Positions 31,000 to 43,294 are shown, numbered from the stretch's first letter. The stretch is 49,169 nucleotides of DNA from a virus (IMGVR_UViG_2740892489_000001), one strand, 5' to 3'. Notes: a model not told the origin generated them from the sequence alone. Made by a program: numbers and translations.

Positions 31000-31382
31000 T
31001 GGGGCTTCGTGAAGAGATTCAGTCAGAGGTTGCCGCTGCTTTTGATGAGGATTTAGCGGACGCCGTGAGTGATTTTTCTGGTTCTTACGTTACGCACCGG
31101 CACTGGGATCCTGTGACGGAAACTGGCGGCGAATCCACCGAAATCTATACCGGGCGAGGCGTGTTGACACGTTATAAGCTGGGCAGAATTGATGGGATTA
31201 ATATTTTGCATGGTGACCTTAAATTAACCGCTCTGGTATGCGAGGTTACGGATAAACCAGCTGTCGACCATATTATTGAGATTTATGATCCTGTATCAAG
31301 GCAGTTACAACGATACGAGGTAATTACAGCAAGTGTAGATCCTTCCGCATCAGTTTACTCTATCCAGTTAAGGAGAGCGTAA
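30999..31382 (+). CDS. Head completion protein candidate
   Basis: Overlapping start/stop with neighbours; position. Confidence 0.4.
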   Translation: MGLREEIQSEVAAAFDEDLADAVSDFSGSYVTHRHWDPVTETGGESTEIYTGRGVLTRYKLGRIDGINILHGDLKLTALVCEVTDKPAVDHIIEIYDPVSRQLQRYEVITASVDPSASVYSIQLRRA

Positions 31383-31763
31383 ATGGCAAAGGCATGGGAT
31401 ATAGAACCGTCAATATTTGCCGGGATGATTGAGGAAGATGTAGGGCTGAAGATTCGCTACATCGCTATTCAGATTCTTACTGCTATTGATATTGCTGCTC
31501 CGGTTGATACCGGACGTTTCAGAAATAACAACCTGGTGTCGTTACAGCATCCCGATTTTGGTATATCTGATAACGTGGATCCGAACGGTACGATTGCTGT
31601 TCAGCGTGGGATCGGGGTTATTTCGAAAGCTGCAAATTACGGAGTTATTTATATCCAGAATAACCTTCCTTATGCAGAGGCTCTTGAAAACGGTCATTCA
31701 CAACAAGCGCCAACTGGCGTGTATGCCAACGCTTTTCATGGTGTTTTACAGGCTTACAAATGA
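31383..31763 (+). CDS. Tail completion/neck protein candidate
   Basis: Position in head-tail joining block. Confidence 0.4.
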   Translation: MAKAWDIEPSIFAGMIEEDVGLKIRYIAIQILTAIDIAAPVDTGRFRNNNLVSLQHPDFGISDNVDPNGTIAVQRGIGVISKAANYGVIYIQNNLPYAEALENGHSQQAPTGVYANAFHGVLQAYK

Positions 31764-32152
31764 CGTTTACTGAAATCAGAAATACGGTTATTTCCAGAAT
31801 GACGGCACAGACGATTATTGATGGAAAAGACGTATTGTATCCGAACGCGCCAACGTTCGATCCTTCCGGTAAGTTAATCTGGGCGCGGTTAAGTAATATT
31901 CCCGGGCAGGCTGGAGTTAATGAAATTGGCGCGGGGCCGATTGTTTATCGCACGGGGATAATCATTATTCAGTTATTTGTCCCCGCAGGTTCTGGTTCAA
32001 AACTCATTACTGAGACAGCCGATAAATTGCGGGAACTGTTTGAGTTTCAGGATGACGATCGTCTCAGTTACCAGGCTGTTTCCTCAATAGCCGTTGGCGA
32101 AAAGAATGGCTGGTTCCAGCTTAATCTTCAAATTCCATATCGCGCGCTCTAG
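31760..32152 (+). CDS. Tail terminator-like protein candidate
   Basis: Position directly upstream of the major tail gene. Confidence 0.4.
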   Translation: MTFTEIRNTVISRMTAQTIIDGKDVLYPNAPTFDPSGKLIWARLSNIPGQAGVNEIGAGPIVYRTGIIIIQLFVPAGSGSKLITETADKLRELFEFQDDDRLSYQAVSSIAVGEKNGWFQLNLQIPYRAL

Positions 32153-32178
32153 CGCAATTAATGACATAGGAGGCTCCT

Positions 32179-33144
32179 GTGAGTTCAGGTGCAAAGGTTA
32201 TCTCGGCATTTATCCGGGAGACGGTTGCAGGCACTACGCCAGCAAGTGGTGACTGGAGTTTATTAAAACGCACAAGCTGGGGAGTAAAACCCACCCAGAA
32301 TAAAGGCGAAAATAATGAGATTGGTGGCTCCCGGATGGCTCAGGGGGCGACGCCTGGCACTGTGGATGTCGGCGGTGATGTTGGTACCAAATTTCGCTGG
32401 GGTCAACATGATGATTTTCTTGCATCCTGTTTCGGCGCGGAATGGTCAGGCGATTCTCTGACAATGGGGAATGAGCGAATAACATTTTCTCTGGCGACCT
32501 ATGCGTCCGATGTCGGAATTGCCTCTGTCGTCAGAGGAGCGCAGGTTGGCTCATGGAAAATGCAGATCCCTAACGACGGCGATATTACAGCGACCGTAAC
32601 CTTTGCCGGACTGGACTGGGAATCAAAGGCCGATGATACGAATTTTATCAAAGGCGAACCTGTGGATAGTGCAGGAAAGCTACGTTATTCGTTTAAGGAG
32701 GTTTCAGCAGTAAGCCTGAATGGTGTTGCCGGAGGTAACGGTTTTTGTATCGACAGTTTTGATATTCAGTTCGATAACAAACTCCAGACACAGCGTTGTA
32801 TCGGGACTGGCTCGCCTTATGCAGGAGCAAATATTCCGACTACTTTTACACCGTCCGGTACGGTGACGCTTTCATGGTCTAAAGCCGCGTGGGAAATCTG
32901 GAGTAAAACACTGACTGGAGAAACAGTTCCGTTCAGCTTCACGCTTTCGAATGGAGAGGGGGCATACACTTTCAGTTTCCCGAAGGTTCAGGTGTCAGGT
33001 GAATGGCCTGATGGGGGTAATAGCGACATTATCCAGGTTCAATTGAGCATTACCGCAGCAGATGAAGCACCTACGATAACCAGAAAAAAAAAAAATTCCC
33101 CGGCTGCCGTGATCGCAAAAGCCAGTGCTGAGGCGATTAGTTGA
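32179..33144 (+). CDS. Major tail (tube) protein candidate; C-terminus passes an A12 run
   Basis: 321 aa directly upstream of the G/G-T chaperone pair and tape measure; A12 at 33084-33095 makes the true C-terminus uncertain. Confidence 0.55.
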   Translation: MSSGAKVISAFIRETVAGTTPASGDWSLLKRTSWGVKPTQNKGENNEIGGSRMAQGATPGTVDVGGDVGTKFRWGQHDDFLASCFGAEWSGDSLTMGNERITFSLATYASDVGIASVVRGAQVGSWKMQIPNDGDITATVTFAGLDWESKADDTNFIKGEPVDSAGKLRYSFKEVSAVSLNGVAGGNGFCIDSFDIQFDNKLQTQRCIGTGSPYAGANIPTTFTPSGTVTLSWSKAAWEIWSKTLTGETVPFSFTLSNGEGAYTFSFPKVQVSGEWPDGGNSDIIQVQLSITAADEAPTITRKKKNSPAAVIAKASAEAIS

Positions 33145-33192
33145 TTTTCCGTTATTCCTCCTGTGGTACTGCCCTACAGGGGGACGCATTGA

Positions 33193-33654
33193 ATGAGGTT
33201 ATGGATGTTTATTCTTAATCAGAAAATTATCATTGGTGGAGAACGCTGGTTTACGCCAATGAAGGACTTAAAACCTGTAGACGGGTTAAAACTGTTGGTG
33301 GCAAGCAGCGATAACGATCAGTATCGCTCCCGTAATGCATTAATCCGTCGCCACATTGAGAAAATGGATGCCAGTTTGCACGTCGGAACGAAGGAGTTTG
33401 ATATTTCAAAGGTTTCCGAGGTGGATTCTGTTGATGATTTACTCATTGATAATGCCGCTCGTTATCTGCTGAAAGACTGGAAAGGGGTTGGTGAACTGGT
33501 TAATGGTGTTGAGGTTGCACTGGAATATACGGCAGAACGAGGGATCGCGCTGCTTAAGCAGAATCCAGAGTTGTACTGGCAGATCCTTGCAGAAGCAGCC
33601 AGCATCGCCCAGGGTAAAGAGCAGCAGAAGCAGGATACGATAAAAAAGCCATAG
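33193..33654 (+). CDS. Tail assembly chaperone G
   Basis: Ends with slippery A-AAA-AAG and stop; upstream of tape measure. Confidence 0.6.
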   Translation: MRLWMFILNQKIIIGGERWFTPMKDLKPVDGLKLLVASSDNDQYRSRNALIRRHIEKMDASLHVGTKEFDISKVSEVDSVDDLLIDNAARYLLKDWKGVGELVNGVEVALEYTAERGIALLKQNPELYWQILAEAASIAQGKEQQKQDTIKKP

Positions 33655-33962
33655 CTGCCCAGCGGTGGTTATCGGAGTTCGGGGGAGAAAGGGGGGAAAA
33701 GGCAAGATGGAAGCGAGAAAAACTCAGGTTGCCACCGATACCGGAACCAGAAATAGACCCGGTGCTTAAGGAGTTGTTGTACGCCTATTCGGTAATATCC
33801 CGTGCCCGACGTTATGCTGGAATGGCTGGGGTGCCTTTGCCTTTATCTCTGACAGAGATAAATGAATATTTAGCCACTCATCCGGTATTGATTGAGCGCG
33901 ATGAATTTGAAGCAGTGATCTTTGCACTGGATGACCAGTATTTTCAGGAGCAGTGTGTGTAG
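33193..33962 (+). CDS. Tail assembly chaperone G-T fusion via programmed -1 frameshift
   Basis: -1 frame after heptamer 33642-33648 is open to 33962 and matches track ORF 33729..33962. Confidence 0.55.
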
Positions 33963-34127
33963 TTGTTAATTACGTACACTCTGTTACAGAGATGTGATGG
34001 TGTCTTTAATTAAATCGATGATGCTCCTGGAGAAAAGCATCGCGTGGCCTCGTAATCGCTATATCTACTATTATGTCGCCTGAAACCCACTTCGCGGTGG
34101 GTTTTTTGTTGTCAGGAGTTTTAATAA

Positions 34128-37100
34128 ATGGCAGAGCAAACCTCGCGTCTCGCAATAATTATTGATAGCACTGGAGCGAAAAATAATGCTGACAATCTGA
34201 CCTCCTCATTAGTCAAAATGACGCAGGCTGGGGAAACTGCTGCAAATAGCGCAGGGAAAGTGACTAAGGCAACAGAAGATGAGAAGAACGCGCTCGCAAA
34301 ATTAAAAGCAGCTATTGATCCAGTTGGTGCCGCAATTGATACTGTCGGTCGACGCTATTCTGAATTAAAGAAATTTTTCGATAAAGGGCTTATTGATAAA
34401 GAAGAATATGAATTTCTTGTCCGTAAACTTAATGAAACCACAGAGGAATTGAGCGGGGTTGCGCAAGCGCAGAGAGAAGCCGAGAAGGCCGGAAAACTTG
34501 CTGCCGCCCAGCAGGAAGCGCAGGCTCAGGCCTTTCAAAGAATGCTGGACAAGATCGACCCTCTGGCTGCGGCGCTAAGAAATCTTGAACAACAGCATGA
34601 TGAACTTAATGCTGCGTTTGCATCCGGGAAAATAAATGGTTCTCAGTTTGAGAATTATAGCCGAAAAATACAGGAAACACGGCGAGAGCTTACCGGAGAG
34701 GCTCAGGCAGAGCGAGAAGCAGCAAAAGCGCATGATGAACAGGTTGTTGCTTTGCAACGTCTGATTGCTCAACTTGATCCTGTCGGAACTGCTTTTAATC
34801 GTCTGGTAGAACAACAGAAACAGCTCAATGAAGCAAAAGCTAAGGGGATGCTTTCTCCTGAAATGTATGAGGAGCTTTCTGGAAAACTTCGTGCTATGCG
34901 GAGTGAGCTTGAGGTTACTCAATCACAATTAAGCAAAACCGGAATGTCGGCAAAACAAACGGCTTTTGCTATGCGCATGTTGCCTGCACAAATGACGGAT
35001 ATTGTTGTTGGGTTGTCCACTGGTCAGTCGCCATTTATGGTGTTAATGCAGCAGGGCGGCCAGCTAAAAGATATGTTCGGTGGGATTGGCCCGGCGATCA
35101 AAGGTGTAGGTTCTTATGTGCTGGGATTAATTAATCCTTTTACCCTGGCCGCAGCAGCCGTTGGGGTCTTAGGACTGGCTTACTATAAAGGCTCTCAGGA
35201 GCAGGACGAATTTAATAAATCTCTTATTCTTACCGGAAATCAGTTGGGGACAACCAGCGGGCAATTGGGCGATATAGCTCAACGTGCCGGGAATGCGGCT
35301 GATTCGACAACTGGTGCTGCGGCGGCAGTATTAAATCAGCTTGTGCGTTCGGGAAAGGTAGCGAGCAGTTCGCTGGAGCAAGTGACGACAGCGATAGTAA
35401 AAACGAGCGAAGTAACAGGAATATCAACCGAACAACTGGTTAATGACTTCAATGAAATTGCAAAGGATCCTGTCAGTGCCATATCAAAACTTAATGATCA
35501 GTACCATTTTCTGACACTTGCGACTTATAACCAGATTAAGGCGCTACAGGATGAAGGGAACCAGCAGGAGGCCGCCCGCATTGCGACAGAAGAATACTCA
35601 TCCTCAATGATCCAGCGCACCAACCAGATTAAAGAAAATCTTGGTTATCTTGAGACTGCATGGAAAGCTGTCGCAGACTCCGCAAAATGGGCATGGGATT
35701 CCATGCTGGATATTGGCCGTGAGGCCTCCCTTGATCAAAAAATCTCAGATGTTCTCCGTCAAATTGATGAAATAGAAAAAAATACCCGACCCGGAGTTTT
35801 CGGGTTAGGTGGCATTGGAGATGGCGGAGCTCAAAATAAAAGGCTGGCACGATTAAAGCAGCAATTGGGCGTACTTCAAGCAGAAAAAATTGCTCAGGAC
35901 GTACTAAATTCATCAATAAACGATTACAACAAGCGACAACAGGAAGGAATTGAACTCAGACAGAGAGCAGATGCCTTTTCAAAACAATATCAGACCCGGG
36001 AGCAGCAGAGAGCTAGTGAACTTGCAAAACTGGAAAAGCTAAAGAATCAGTATTCAAAGGAAGAATATAATAATCTTATCGCTCAAATAAATGAGCGTTA
36101 TAAAGATCCAAAGCAACCAAAGGCGAAAGGTTATTCTGATGATGCAGCCCAACGAATGATTGATCATCTGAATCAACAGAATGCGTTACTAAGTTCACAA
36201 GCTGAGTTGACCGTTAAATTAAGTTCCTCTGAACAGGAACTGGTTAAGTGGCGTCAGCGGATTGCCGACCTAGAGTCACGACCATCATCGAAATTAACCC
36301 AGGATCAGAAATCGCTTCTCTTACACCGGGAAGAAATAACCGCGTTGATGGAGAAAAATGTTGCGATTGAAAAGAATAACAGGCTAATCAAGGAATCCGC
36401 CGAAATAACAGCATGGCGTGATTCATTGCAGGCTTCGATTGATAATCGTCAGCAGGGGTATGATATTCAGATTGCTGGTTATGGGGTTGGCGATAAAAAT
36501 CAGCAACGCCAGCAGGAATTACTGCGGATTGAACATGGATATAACAATCAGCGTCTGCAACTTGAACGTGACTATGCAGATAAATCCCGTGGAATGTCAG
36601 ATCATGTTTTTCAAGAGAAAATGCAGGCTCTGAATGATGCTCTGGAACGGGAAAAAGAAATTGTCAGACAGAAAAACGAGCAGCTCGATATTCAGGCAGG
36701 AGACTGGGTTAGTGGTGCCTCCCAGGGATTCAATAACTGGCTGGATGACACTAAGGATATCAGTGAGCAGATAAAATCAACCACGACTCAGATGTTTGAT
36801 GGGATGACCGATGCGCTGGGTGATTTTGTCACGACAGGCAAGGCAAATTTTCGTTCTTTCGCTACTTCCGTGATTTCGGATCTTAGTCGAATGGCATTAA
36901 AGGCTTCAATTACTGGGATTTTCGACAGCATTAGTAACAGTTCTTCTGGGGGGATTTTAGGAACTATCGGGAGTGCTATTAGTAAATTTATTCCGAATGC
37001 AAAGGGCGGTATTTATGAGTCTCCGTCATTGAGCACGTATTCGAACGGTATTTATGATTCCCCGCAATTTTTTTGCTTTTTGCAAAAGGGGCTGGTGTTT

Positions 37101-37363
37101 TTGGTGAGGCTGGACCGGAAGCCATTATGCCATTAACACGAACTTCCGATGGTTCTCTTGGTGTCAGAGCTATTAATAGTAAAAGTGGTAATGGAGGCGG
37201 AGATATTACCTATGCCCCTGTATACCAAATCACTATTCAAAATGACGGCCAGAATGGAGAGATTGGCCCTCAGGCAATAAAAGCACTTATGGGGATGGTT
37301 GATCAGCGGGTGCAGGGCAATCTGTTAAATATGCGACGTGATGGGGGAATATTAAGTGGCTAA
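34128..37363 (+). CDS. Tail tape measure protein; frame broken at T7 run 37068-37074
   Basis: 1002-aa coiled-coil-rich ORF; C-terminal ORF 37073..37363 ([21 protein letters not shown]…) joins if the run is one base longer. Confidence 0.85.
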
Positions 37364-37695
37364 TACGGAAGAATTTCACTGGTTACCAGAGGATGGAATG
37401 AAAACAGAAAATAAACCATCGATAAAAACTGTAAGATTTGGCGATGGTTATGAGCAACGAAGTCCAAATGGACTTAATCATTCTCTGCGCGTTTTCACCT
37501 GTGATTTCAAAGTTGAGGCGAATGAACGTGATTCATTTGAAAAATTTTTAGCCCGGCATGAAGGCTATAAATCTTTTTTTTTGGCGCCCGCCGGGTATTA
37601 ACAGAAAAATCAGAGTGGTGTGTCGAACGTGGTCAGCGACAGAACATATCACCTATACCGATTTTTCGTGTCAGTTTGACGAAGTGGTGATCTGA
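37356..37695 (+). CDS. Minor tail protein M; frame broken at T9 run 37574-37582
   Basis: VRFGDGYEQRSPNGLN... matches lambda M; M-like C-terminus (…CQFDEVVI) is in frame with one fewer T. Confidence 0.75.
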
Positions 37696-38393
37696 TGCAG
37701 GACATACAACAGGAAACGCTGAATGAATGCATTCGTGCGGAGCAGTCGGCCAGCGTGGTGCTCTGGGAAATCGACCTGACCGAGGTAGGCGGGGATCGCT
37801 ACTTTTTCTGTAATGAGCAGAACGAAAAAGGTGAGTCTGTCACCTGGCAGAGTCGGCAGTATCAGGCCTATCCCATTCAGGGGAGTGGATTTGAGATGAA
37901 CGGCAAGGGCAGTGCTGCCCGTCCGACACTGACGGTCTCTAACCTGCACGGCATGATCACCGGGATGGCGGAAGATCTGCAGAGTCTGGTCGGCGGAACG
38001 GTGGTCCGGCGTAAGGTTTACGCCCGCTTTCTGGATGCGGTGAACTTCGTCAACGGAAACAGCGAAGCCGATCCGGAGCAGGAGGTGATCAGCCGCTGGC
38101 GCATCGAGCAGTGCAGCGAACTGAGCGCGGTCAGTGCCTCTTTTGTACTGTCCACGCCGACGGAAACGGACGGTGCCGTTTTTCCGGGACGTATCATGCT
38201 GGCCAACACCTGCACCTGGACCTATCGCGGTGATGAGTGCGGTTATCACGGTCCGGCGGTCGCGGATGAATATGATCAGCCGACGTCCGATATCACGAAG
38301 GATAAATGCAGCAAATGCCTGAGCGGCTGTAAGTTTCGCAATAACGTCGGCAACTTTGGCGGCTTCCTTTCCATTAACAAACTTTCGCAGTGA
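37695..38393 (+). CDS. Minor tail protein L
   Basis: 232 aa, C-terminal Cys cluster CSKCLSGCKFRNN; start overlaps M stop. Confidence 0.85.
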   Translation: MQDIQQETLNECIRAEQSASVVLWEIDLTEVGGDRYFFCNEQNEKGESVTWQSRQYQAYPIQGSGFEMNGKGSAARPTLTVSNLHGMITGMAEDLQSLVGGTVVRRKVYARFLDAVNFVNGNSEADPEQEVISRWRIEQCSELSAVSASFVLSTPTETDGAVFPGRIMLANTCTWTYRGDECGYHGPAVADEYDQPTSDITKDKCSKCLSGCKFRNNVGNFGGFLSINKLSQ

Positions 38394-39142
38394 ATCCCAT
38401 GACAGAGACAGAATCAGCGATTCTGGCGCACGCCCGGCGATGTGCGCCAGCGGAGTCGTGCGGCTTCGTGGTGAGAACACCGGAGGGGGAAAGATATTTT
38501 CCCTGCGTGAATATCTCCGGTGAGCCGGAGGAGTATTTCCGGATGTCGCCGGAGGACTGGCTGCGGGCAGAGATGCAGGGTGAGATTGTGGCGCTGGTCC
38601 ACAGCCACCCCGGTGGTCTGCCCTGGCTGAGTGAGACCGACCGGCGGCTGCAGGTGCAGAGTGATTTGCCGTGGTGGCTGGTTTGCCGGGGGGCGATTCA
38701 CAAGTTCCGCTGTGTGCCACATCTTTCCGGGCGGCGCTTTGAGCACGGGGTGACGGACTGTTACACGCTGTTCCGGGATGCTTACCATCTGGCGGGGATT
38801 GAGATGCCGGATTTTCATCGCGAGGATGACTGGTGGCGTCACGGTCAGAATCTCTATCTGGATAATCTGGAGGCCACAGGGCTGTATCAGGTGCCGTTGT
38901 CAGCGGCGCAGCCGGGCGATGTGCTGCTGTGCTGTTTTGGTTCATCGGTGCCGAATCATGCCGCCATTTACTGTGGTGACAGCGAGCTGCTGCACCATAT
39001 TCCTGAACAACTGAGCAAACGAGAGAGGTACACCGACAAATGGCAGCGACGCACACACTCCCTCTGGCGTCACCGGGCATGGCACGCATCTGCCTTTACG
39101 GGGATTTACAACGATTTGGCCGCCGCATCGACCTTCGAGTGA
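38390..39142 (+). CDS. Tail tip assembly protein K
   Basis: MTETESAILAHARRCAPAESCGFV...VHSHPGG metalloprotease-like and C-terminal Cys/His segment; 3' end overlaps I by about 100 nt. Confidence 0.8.
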   Translation: MNPMTETESAILAHARRCAPAESCGFVVRTPEGERYFPCVNISGEPEEYFRMSPEDWLRAEMQGEIVALVHSHPGGLPWLSETDRRLQVQSDLPWWLVCRGAIHKFRCVPHLSGRRFEHGVTDCYTLFRDAYHLAGIEMPDFHREDDWWRHGQNLYLDNLEATGLYQVPLSAAQPGDVLLCCFGSSVPNHAAIYCGDSELLHHIPEQLSKRERYTDKWQRRTHSLWRHRAWHASAFTGIYNDLAAASTFE

Positions 39143-39687
39143 AAACGGGGTCCGAAGCCATCCGGGCGCTGGCCATGCAGATCCCGGCGTTTCGTCAGAA
39201 ACTGAGCGACGGCTGGTACCAGGTACGCATTGCCGGGCGTGATGCCGGTGAAACCGAATTGTCTGCCCGTCTTAATGAGCCGCTGGCAAATGGTGCCGTG
39301 ATCCACATCGTGCCGCGTCTGGCGGGAGCTAAAAGTGGCGGTGTGTTTCAGGTGGTGCTGGGGGCGGCTCTGATTGCGGTGGCATGGTGGAACCCTGTGG
39401 GCTGGCTGGGTGCCGCGGCTGTATCGGGCATGTATGCGGCAGGGGCCAGTATGATCCTGGGCGGAGTGGCGCAGATGCTGGCACCGAAAGCCAGGACGCC
39501 CACGGCAGCAAGTACAGATAACGGCAAACAGAACACCTATTTCTCCTCACTGGATAACATGGTTGCCCAGGGCAATGTTCTGCCCGTTCTGTACGGTGAA
39601 ATGCGCGTGGGGTCGCGGGTGGTCTCTCAGGAGATCAGCACGGCAGACGAAGGGGATGGTGGTCAGGTTGTGGTGATTGGTCGCTGA
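39040..39687 (+). CDS. Tail tip assembly protein I
   Basis: MAATHTLPLASPGMARICLYGDLQRFGRRIDLRV...; Gly/Ala-rich hydrophobic centre. Confidence 0.85.
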   Translation: MAATHTLPLASPGMARICLYGDLQRFGRRIDLRVKTGSEAIRALAMQIPAFRQKLSDGWYQVRIAGRDAGETELSARLNEPLANGAVIHIVPRLAGAKSGGVFQVVLGAALIAVAWWNPVGWLGAAAVSGMYAAGASMILGGVAQMLAPKARTPTAASTDNGKQNTYFSSLDNMVAQGNVLPVLYGEMRVGSRVVSQEISTADEGDGGQVVVIGR

Positions 39688-39747
39688 TGCAAAACATTTT
39701 ATGTGAAACCGCCTGCGGGCGGTTTTGTCGTTTATGGAGCGTGATGA

Positions 39748-42700
39748 ATGGGTAAAGGCAGCAGTAAGGGGCATACCCCGCGCGAAGCGAAGGACAACCT
39801 GAAATCCACGCAGTTGCTGAGTGTGATTGATGCCATCAGTGAAGGGCCGATTGAAGGTCCGGTGGATGGATTAAAAAGCGTGCTGCTGAACAGTACGCCG
39901 GTGCTGGACAGTGAGGGGAATACCAACATCGTCGGTGTCACGGTGGTGTTCCGGGCTGGTGAGCAGGAGCAGACTCCGCCGGAGGGATTTGAATCCTCCG
40001 GCTCCGAGACGGTGCTGGGTACGGAAGTGAAATACGACACGCCGATCACCCGCACCATCACGTCGGCAAACATCGACCGACTGCGCTTTACCTTCGGTGT
40101 GCAGGCACTGGTGGAAACCACCTCAAAGGGGGACCGGAATCCGTCGGAAGTTCGCCTGCTGGTTCAGATACAACGTAACGGTGGCTGGGTGACGGAAAAA
40201 GACATCACCATTAAGGGCAAAACCACCTCGCAGTATCTGGCCTCGGTGGTGGTGGATAACCTGCCGCCGCGCCCGTTTAATATCCGGATGCGCAGAATGA
40301 CGCCGGACAGCACCACAGACCAGCTGCAGAACAAAACGCTCTGGTCGTCATACACCGAAATCATCGATGTGAAACAGTGCTACCCGAACACGGCACTGGT
40401 CGGCGTGCAGGTGGATTCGGAGCAGTTCGGCAGCCAGCAGGTGAGCCGTAATTATCATCTGCGCGGGCGCATTCTGCAGGTGCCGTCGAACTATAACCCG
40501 CAGACGCGGCAATACAGCGGTATCTGGGACGGAACGTTTAAGCCAGCATACAGCAACAACATGGCCTGGTGTCTGTGGGATATGCTGACCCATCCGCGCT
40601 ACGGCATGGGGAAACGTCTTGGTGCGGCGGATGTGGACAAATGGGCGCTGTATGTCATCGGCCAGCATTGCGATCAGTCGGTGCCGGACGGTTTTGGCGG
40701 CACGGAGCCGCGCATCACCTGTAATGCGTACCTGACCACACAGCGCAAGGCGTGGGATGTGCTCAGTGATTTCTGCTCTGCGATGCGCTGTATGCCGGTA
40801 TGGAACGGGCAGACGCTGACGTTCGTGCAGGACCGACCGTCGGATAAGGTGTGGACCTATAACCGCAGTAATGTGGTGATGCCGGATGATGGTGCGCCGT
40901 TCCGCTACAGCTTCAGCGCCCTGAAGGACCGCCATAATGCCGTTGAGGTGAACTGGATTGACCCGAATAACGGCTGGGAGACGGCGACAGAGCTTGTGGA
41001 GGACACGCAGTCCATTGCCCGTTACGGTCGTAACGTCACGAAGATGGATGCTTTTGGCTGTACCAGCCGGGGGCAGGCACACCGCGCCGGGCTGTGGCTG
41101 ATTAAAACAGAACTGCTGGAAACGCAGACCGTGGACTTCAGCGTGGGTGCCGAAGGGCTTCGCCATGTACCGGGCGATGTCATTGAAATCTGCGATGATG
41201 ACTATGCCGGTATCCGCACCGGCGGGCGCGTGCTGGCGGTAAACAGCCAGACCCGGACGCTGACGCTCGACCGTGAAATCACGCTGCCATCTTCCGGCAC
41301 CACGCTGATAAGCCTGGTTGACGGGCAGGGGAGTCCGGTCAGCGTGGAGGTTCAGTCCGTCACCGACGGCGTGAAGGTGAAAGTGAGCCGTGTTCCTGAC
41401 GGCGTTGCTGAATACAGCGTATGGGGGCTGAAGCTGCCGACGCTGCGCCAGCGCCTGTTCCGCTGCGTGAGTATCCGTGAGAACGACGACGGCACGTATG
41501 CCATCACCGCCGTGCAGCATGTACCGGAAAAAGAGGCCATCGTGGATAACGGGGCGCACTTTGACGGCGACCAGAGCGGCACGGTAAATGGTGTCACGCC
41601 GCCAGCGGTGCAGCACCTGACCGCAGAAGTCACCGCAGACAGCGGGGAATACCAGGTGCTGGCCCGCTGGGACACGCCGAAGGTGGTGAAGGGCGTGAGC
41701 TTCCTGCTTCGCCTGACCGTGGCAGCGGATGACGGCCGTGAGCGGCTGGTCAGCACGGCCCGGACGACGGAAACCACTTACCGCTTCACACAACTGGCTC
41801 TGGGGAACTACAGGCTGACAGTCCGGGCAGTAAATGCGTGGGGGCAGCAGGGCGATCCGGCGTCGGTATCGTTCCGGATTGCCGCACCGGCAGCGCCGTC
41901 GCGGATTGAGCTGACGCCGGGCTATTTTCAGATAACCGCCACGCCGCATCTTGCGGTTTATGACCCGACGGTACAGTTTGAGTTCTGGTTCTCGGAAAAA
42001 CGGATTGCGGATATCAGGCAGGTTGAAACCAGCGCGCGTTATCTTGGTACGGCACTGTACTGGATAGCCGCCAGTATCAATATCAAACCGGGCCATGATT
42101 ATTATTTTTACGTTCGCAGTGTGAACACCGTTGGCAAATCGGCATTCGTGGAGGCTGTCGGCCAGCCGAGTGATGATGCATCAGGCTATCTGGATTTTTT
42201 CAAAGGCGAGATAGGGAAAACCCATCTGGCTCAGGAGCTGTGGACGCAGATTGATAACGGTCAGCTTGCGCCTGACCTGGCTGAAATCAGGACGTCCATT
42301 ACGGATGTCAGCAATGAAATCACACAGACCGTCAATAAGAAACTGGAAGACCAGAGTGCAGCGATCCAGCAGATACAGAAGGTTCAGGTTGATACAAATA
42401 ATAATCTGAACAGCATGTGGGCTGTGAAGCTGCAACAGATGAAGGACGGACGCCTTTATATTGCGGGTATCGGTGCCGGTATTGAGAATACGCCAGCAGG
42501 AATGCAGAGTCAGGTGCTGCTGGCGGCAGACAGGATTGCGATGATTAATCCTGCGAATGGCAACACAAAACCGATGTTTGTTGGTCAGGGTGATCAGATA
42601 TTCATGAATGAAGTGTTCCTGAAGCGCCTGACGGCCCCCACCATTACCAGCGGCGGCAATCCTCCGGCCTTTTCCCTGACACCGGACGGAAAGCTGACCG

Positions 42701-43227
42701 CTAAAAATGCGGATATCAGTGGCAGTGTGAATGCGAACTCCGGGACGCTCAACAACGTTACGATAAATGAGAACTGTCAGATTAAAGGGAAACTGTCAGC
42801 CAACCAGATTGAAGGCGATATTGTCAAAACAGTGGGTAAGGCTTTCCCGCGGGACTCCCGGGCACCGGAGCGGTGGCCATCAGGAACCATTACCGTCAGG
42901 ATTTATGACGATCAGCCGTTTGACCGGCAGATTGTTATTCCGGCGGTGGCATTCAGCGGTGCTAAACATGAGAGAGAGCATACTGATATTTACTCCTCAT
43001 GCCGCCTGATAGTGAAGAAAAATGGTGCTGAAATTTATAACCGTACCGCGCTGGATAATACGCTGATTTACAGTGGTGTTATTGATATGCCAGCTGGTCA
43101 CGGCCACATGACGCTGGAGTTTTCGGTGTCAGCATGGCTGGTAAATGACTGGTATCCCACAGCAAGTATCAGCGATTTGCTGGTTGTGGTGATGAAGAAA
43201 GCCACCGCAGGCATCAGTATCAGCTGA
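39748..43227 (+). CDS. Host specificity / central tail fibre protein J
   Basis: 1159 aa, immediately after I. Confidence 0.9.
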   Translation: MGKGSSKGHTPREAKDNLKSTQLLSVIDAISEGPIEGPVDGLKSVLLNSTPVLDSEGNTNIVGVTVVFRAGEQEQTPPEGFESSGSETVLGTEVKYDTPITRTITSANIDRLRFTFGVQALVETTSKGDRNPSEVRLLVQIQRNGGWVTEKDITIKGKTTSQYLASVVVDNLPPRPFNIRMRRMTPDSTTDQLQNKTLWSSYTEIIDVKQCYPNTALVGVQVDSEQFGSQQVSRNYHLRGRILQVPSNYNPQTRQYSGIWDGTFKPAYSNNMAWCLWDMLTHPRYGMGKRLGAADVDKWALYVIGQHCDQSVPDGFGGTEPRITCNAYLTTQRKAWDVLSDFCSAMRCMPVWNGQTLTFVQDRPSDKVWTYNRSNVVMPDDGAPFRYSFSALKDRHNAVEVNWIDPNNGWETATELVEDTQSIARYGRNVTKMDAFGCTSRGQAHRAGLWLIKTELLETQTVDFSVGAEGLRHVPGDVIEICDDDYAGIRTGGRVLAVNSQTRTLTLDREITLPSSGTTLISLVDGQGSPVSVEVQSVTDGVKVKVSRVPDGVAEYSVWGLKLPTLRQRLFRCVSIRENDDGTYAITAVQHVPEKEAIVDNGAHFDGDQSGTVNGVTPPAVQHLTAEVTADSGEYQVLARWDTPKVVKGVSFLLRLTVAADDGRERLVSTARTTETTYRFTQLALGNYRLTVRAVNAWGQQGDPASVSFRIAAPAAPSRIELTPGYFQITATPHLAVYDPTVQFEFWFSEKRIADIRQVETSARYLGTALYWIAASINIKPGHDYYFYVRSVNTVGKSAFVEAVGQPSDDASGYLDFFKGEIGKTHLAQELWTQIDNGQLAPDLAEIRTSITDVSNEITQTVNKKLEDQSAAIQQIQKVQVDTNNNLNSMWAVKLQQMKDGRLYIAGIGAGIENTPAGMQSQVLLAADRIAMINPANGNTKPMFVGQGDQIFMNEVFLKRLTAPTITSGGNPPAFSLTPDGKLTAKNADISGSVNANSGTLNNVTINENCQIKGKLSANQIEGDIVKTVGKAFPRDSRAPERWPSGTITVRIYDDQPFDRQIVIPAVAFSGAKHEREHTDIYSSCRLIVKKNGAEIYNRTALDNTLIYSGVIDMPAGHGHMTLEFSVSAWLVNDWYPTASISDLLVVVMKKATAGISIS

Positions 43228-43246
43228 ATTTTATAACCCATATACG

Positions 43247-43270
43247 GGCGCCAGAAATGGCGCCTTTTTT
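43247..43270 (+). terminator. Rho-independent terminator after J
   Basis: GGCGCC-AGAAAT-GGCGCC followed by T6. Confidence 0.6.
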
Positions 43271-43294
43271 ATTGCAGAAAAGCGAGAGGTAATT

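Noticed and set aside
37671-39089. 472-aa antisense ORF across L and K
   Set aside because: Same reasoning: low-complexity antisense translation opposite well-conserved tail genes.
40348-42096. 582-aa antisense ORF inside gene J
   Set aside because: Arg/Pro-rich low-complexity translation with no start context; open by chance in GC-rich DNA, while the sense frame encodes a conserved J protein.
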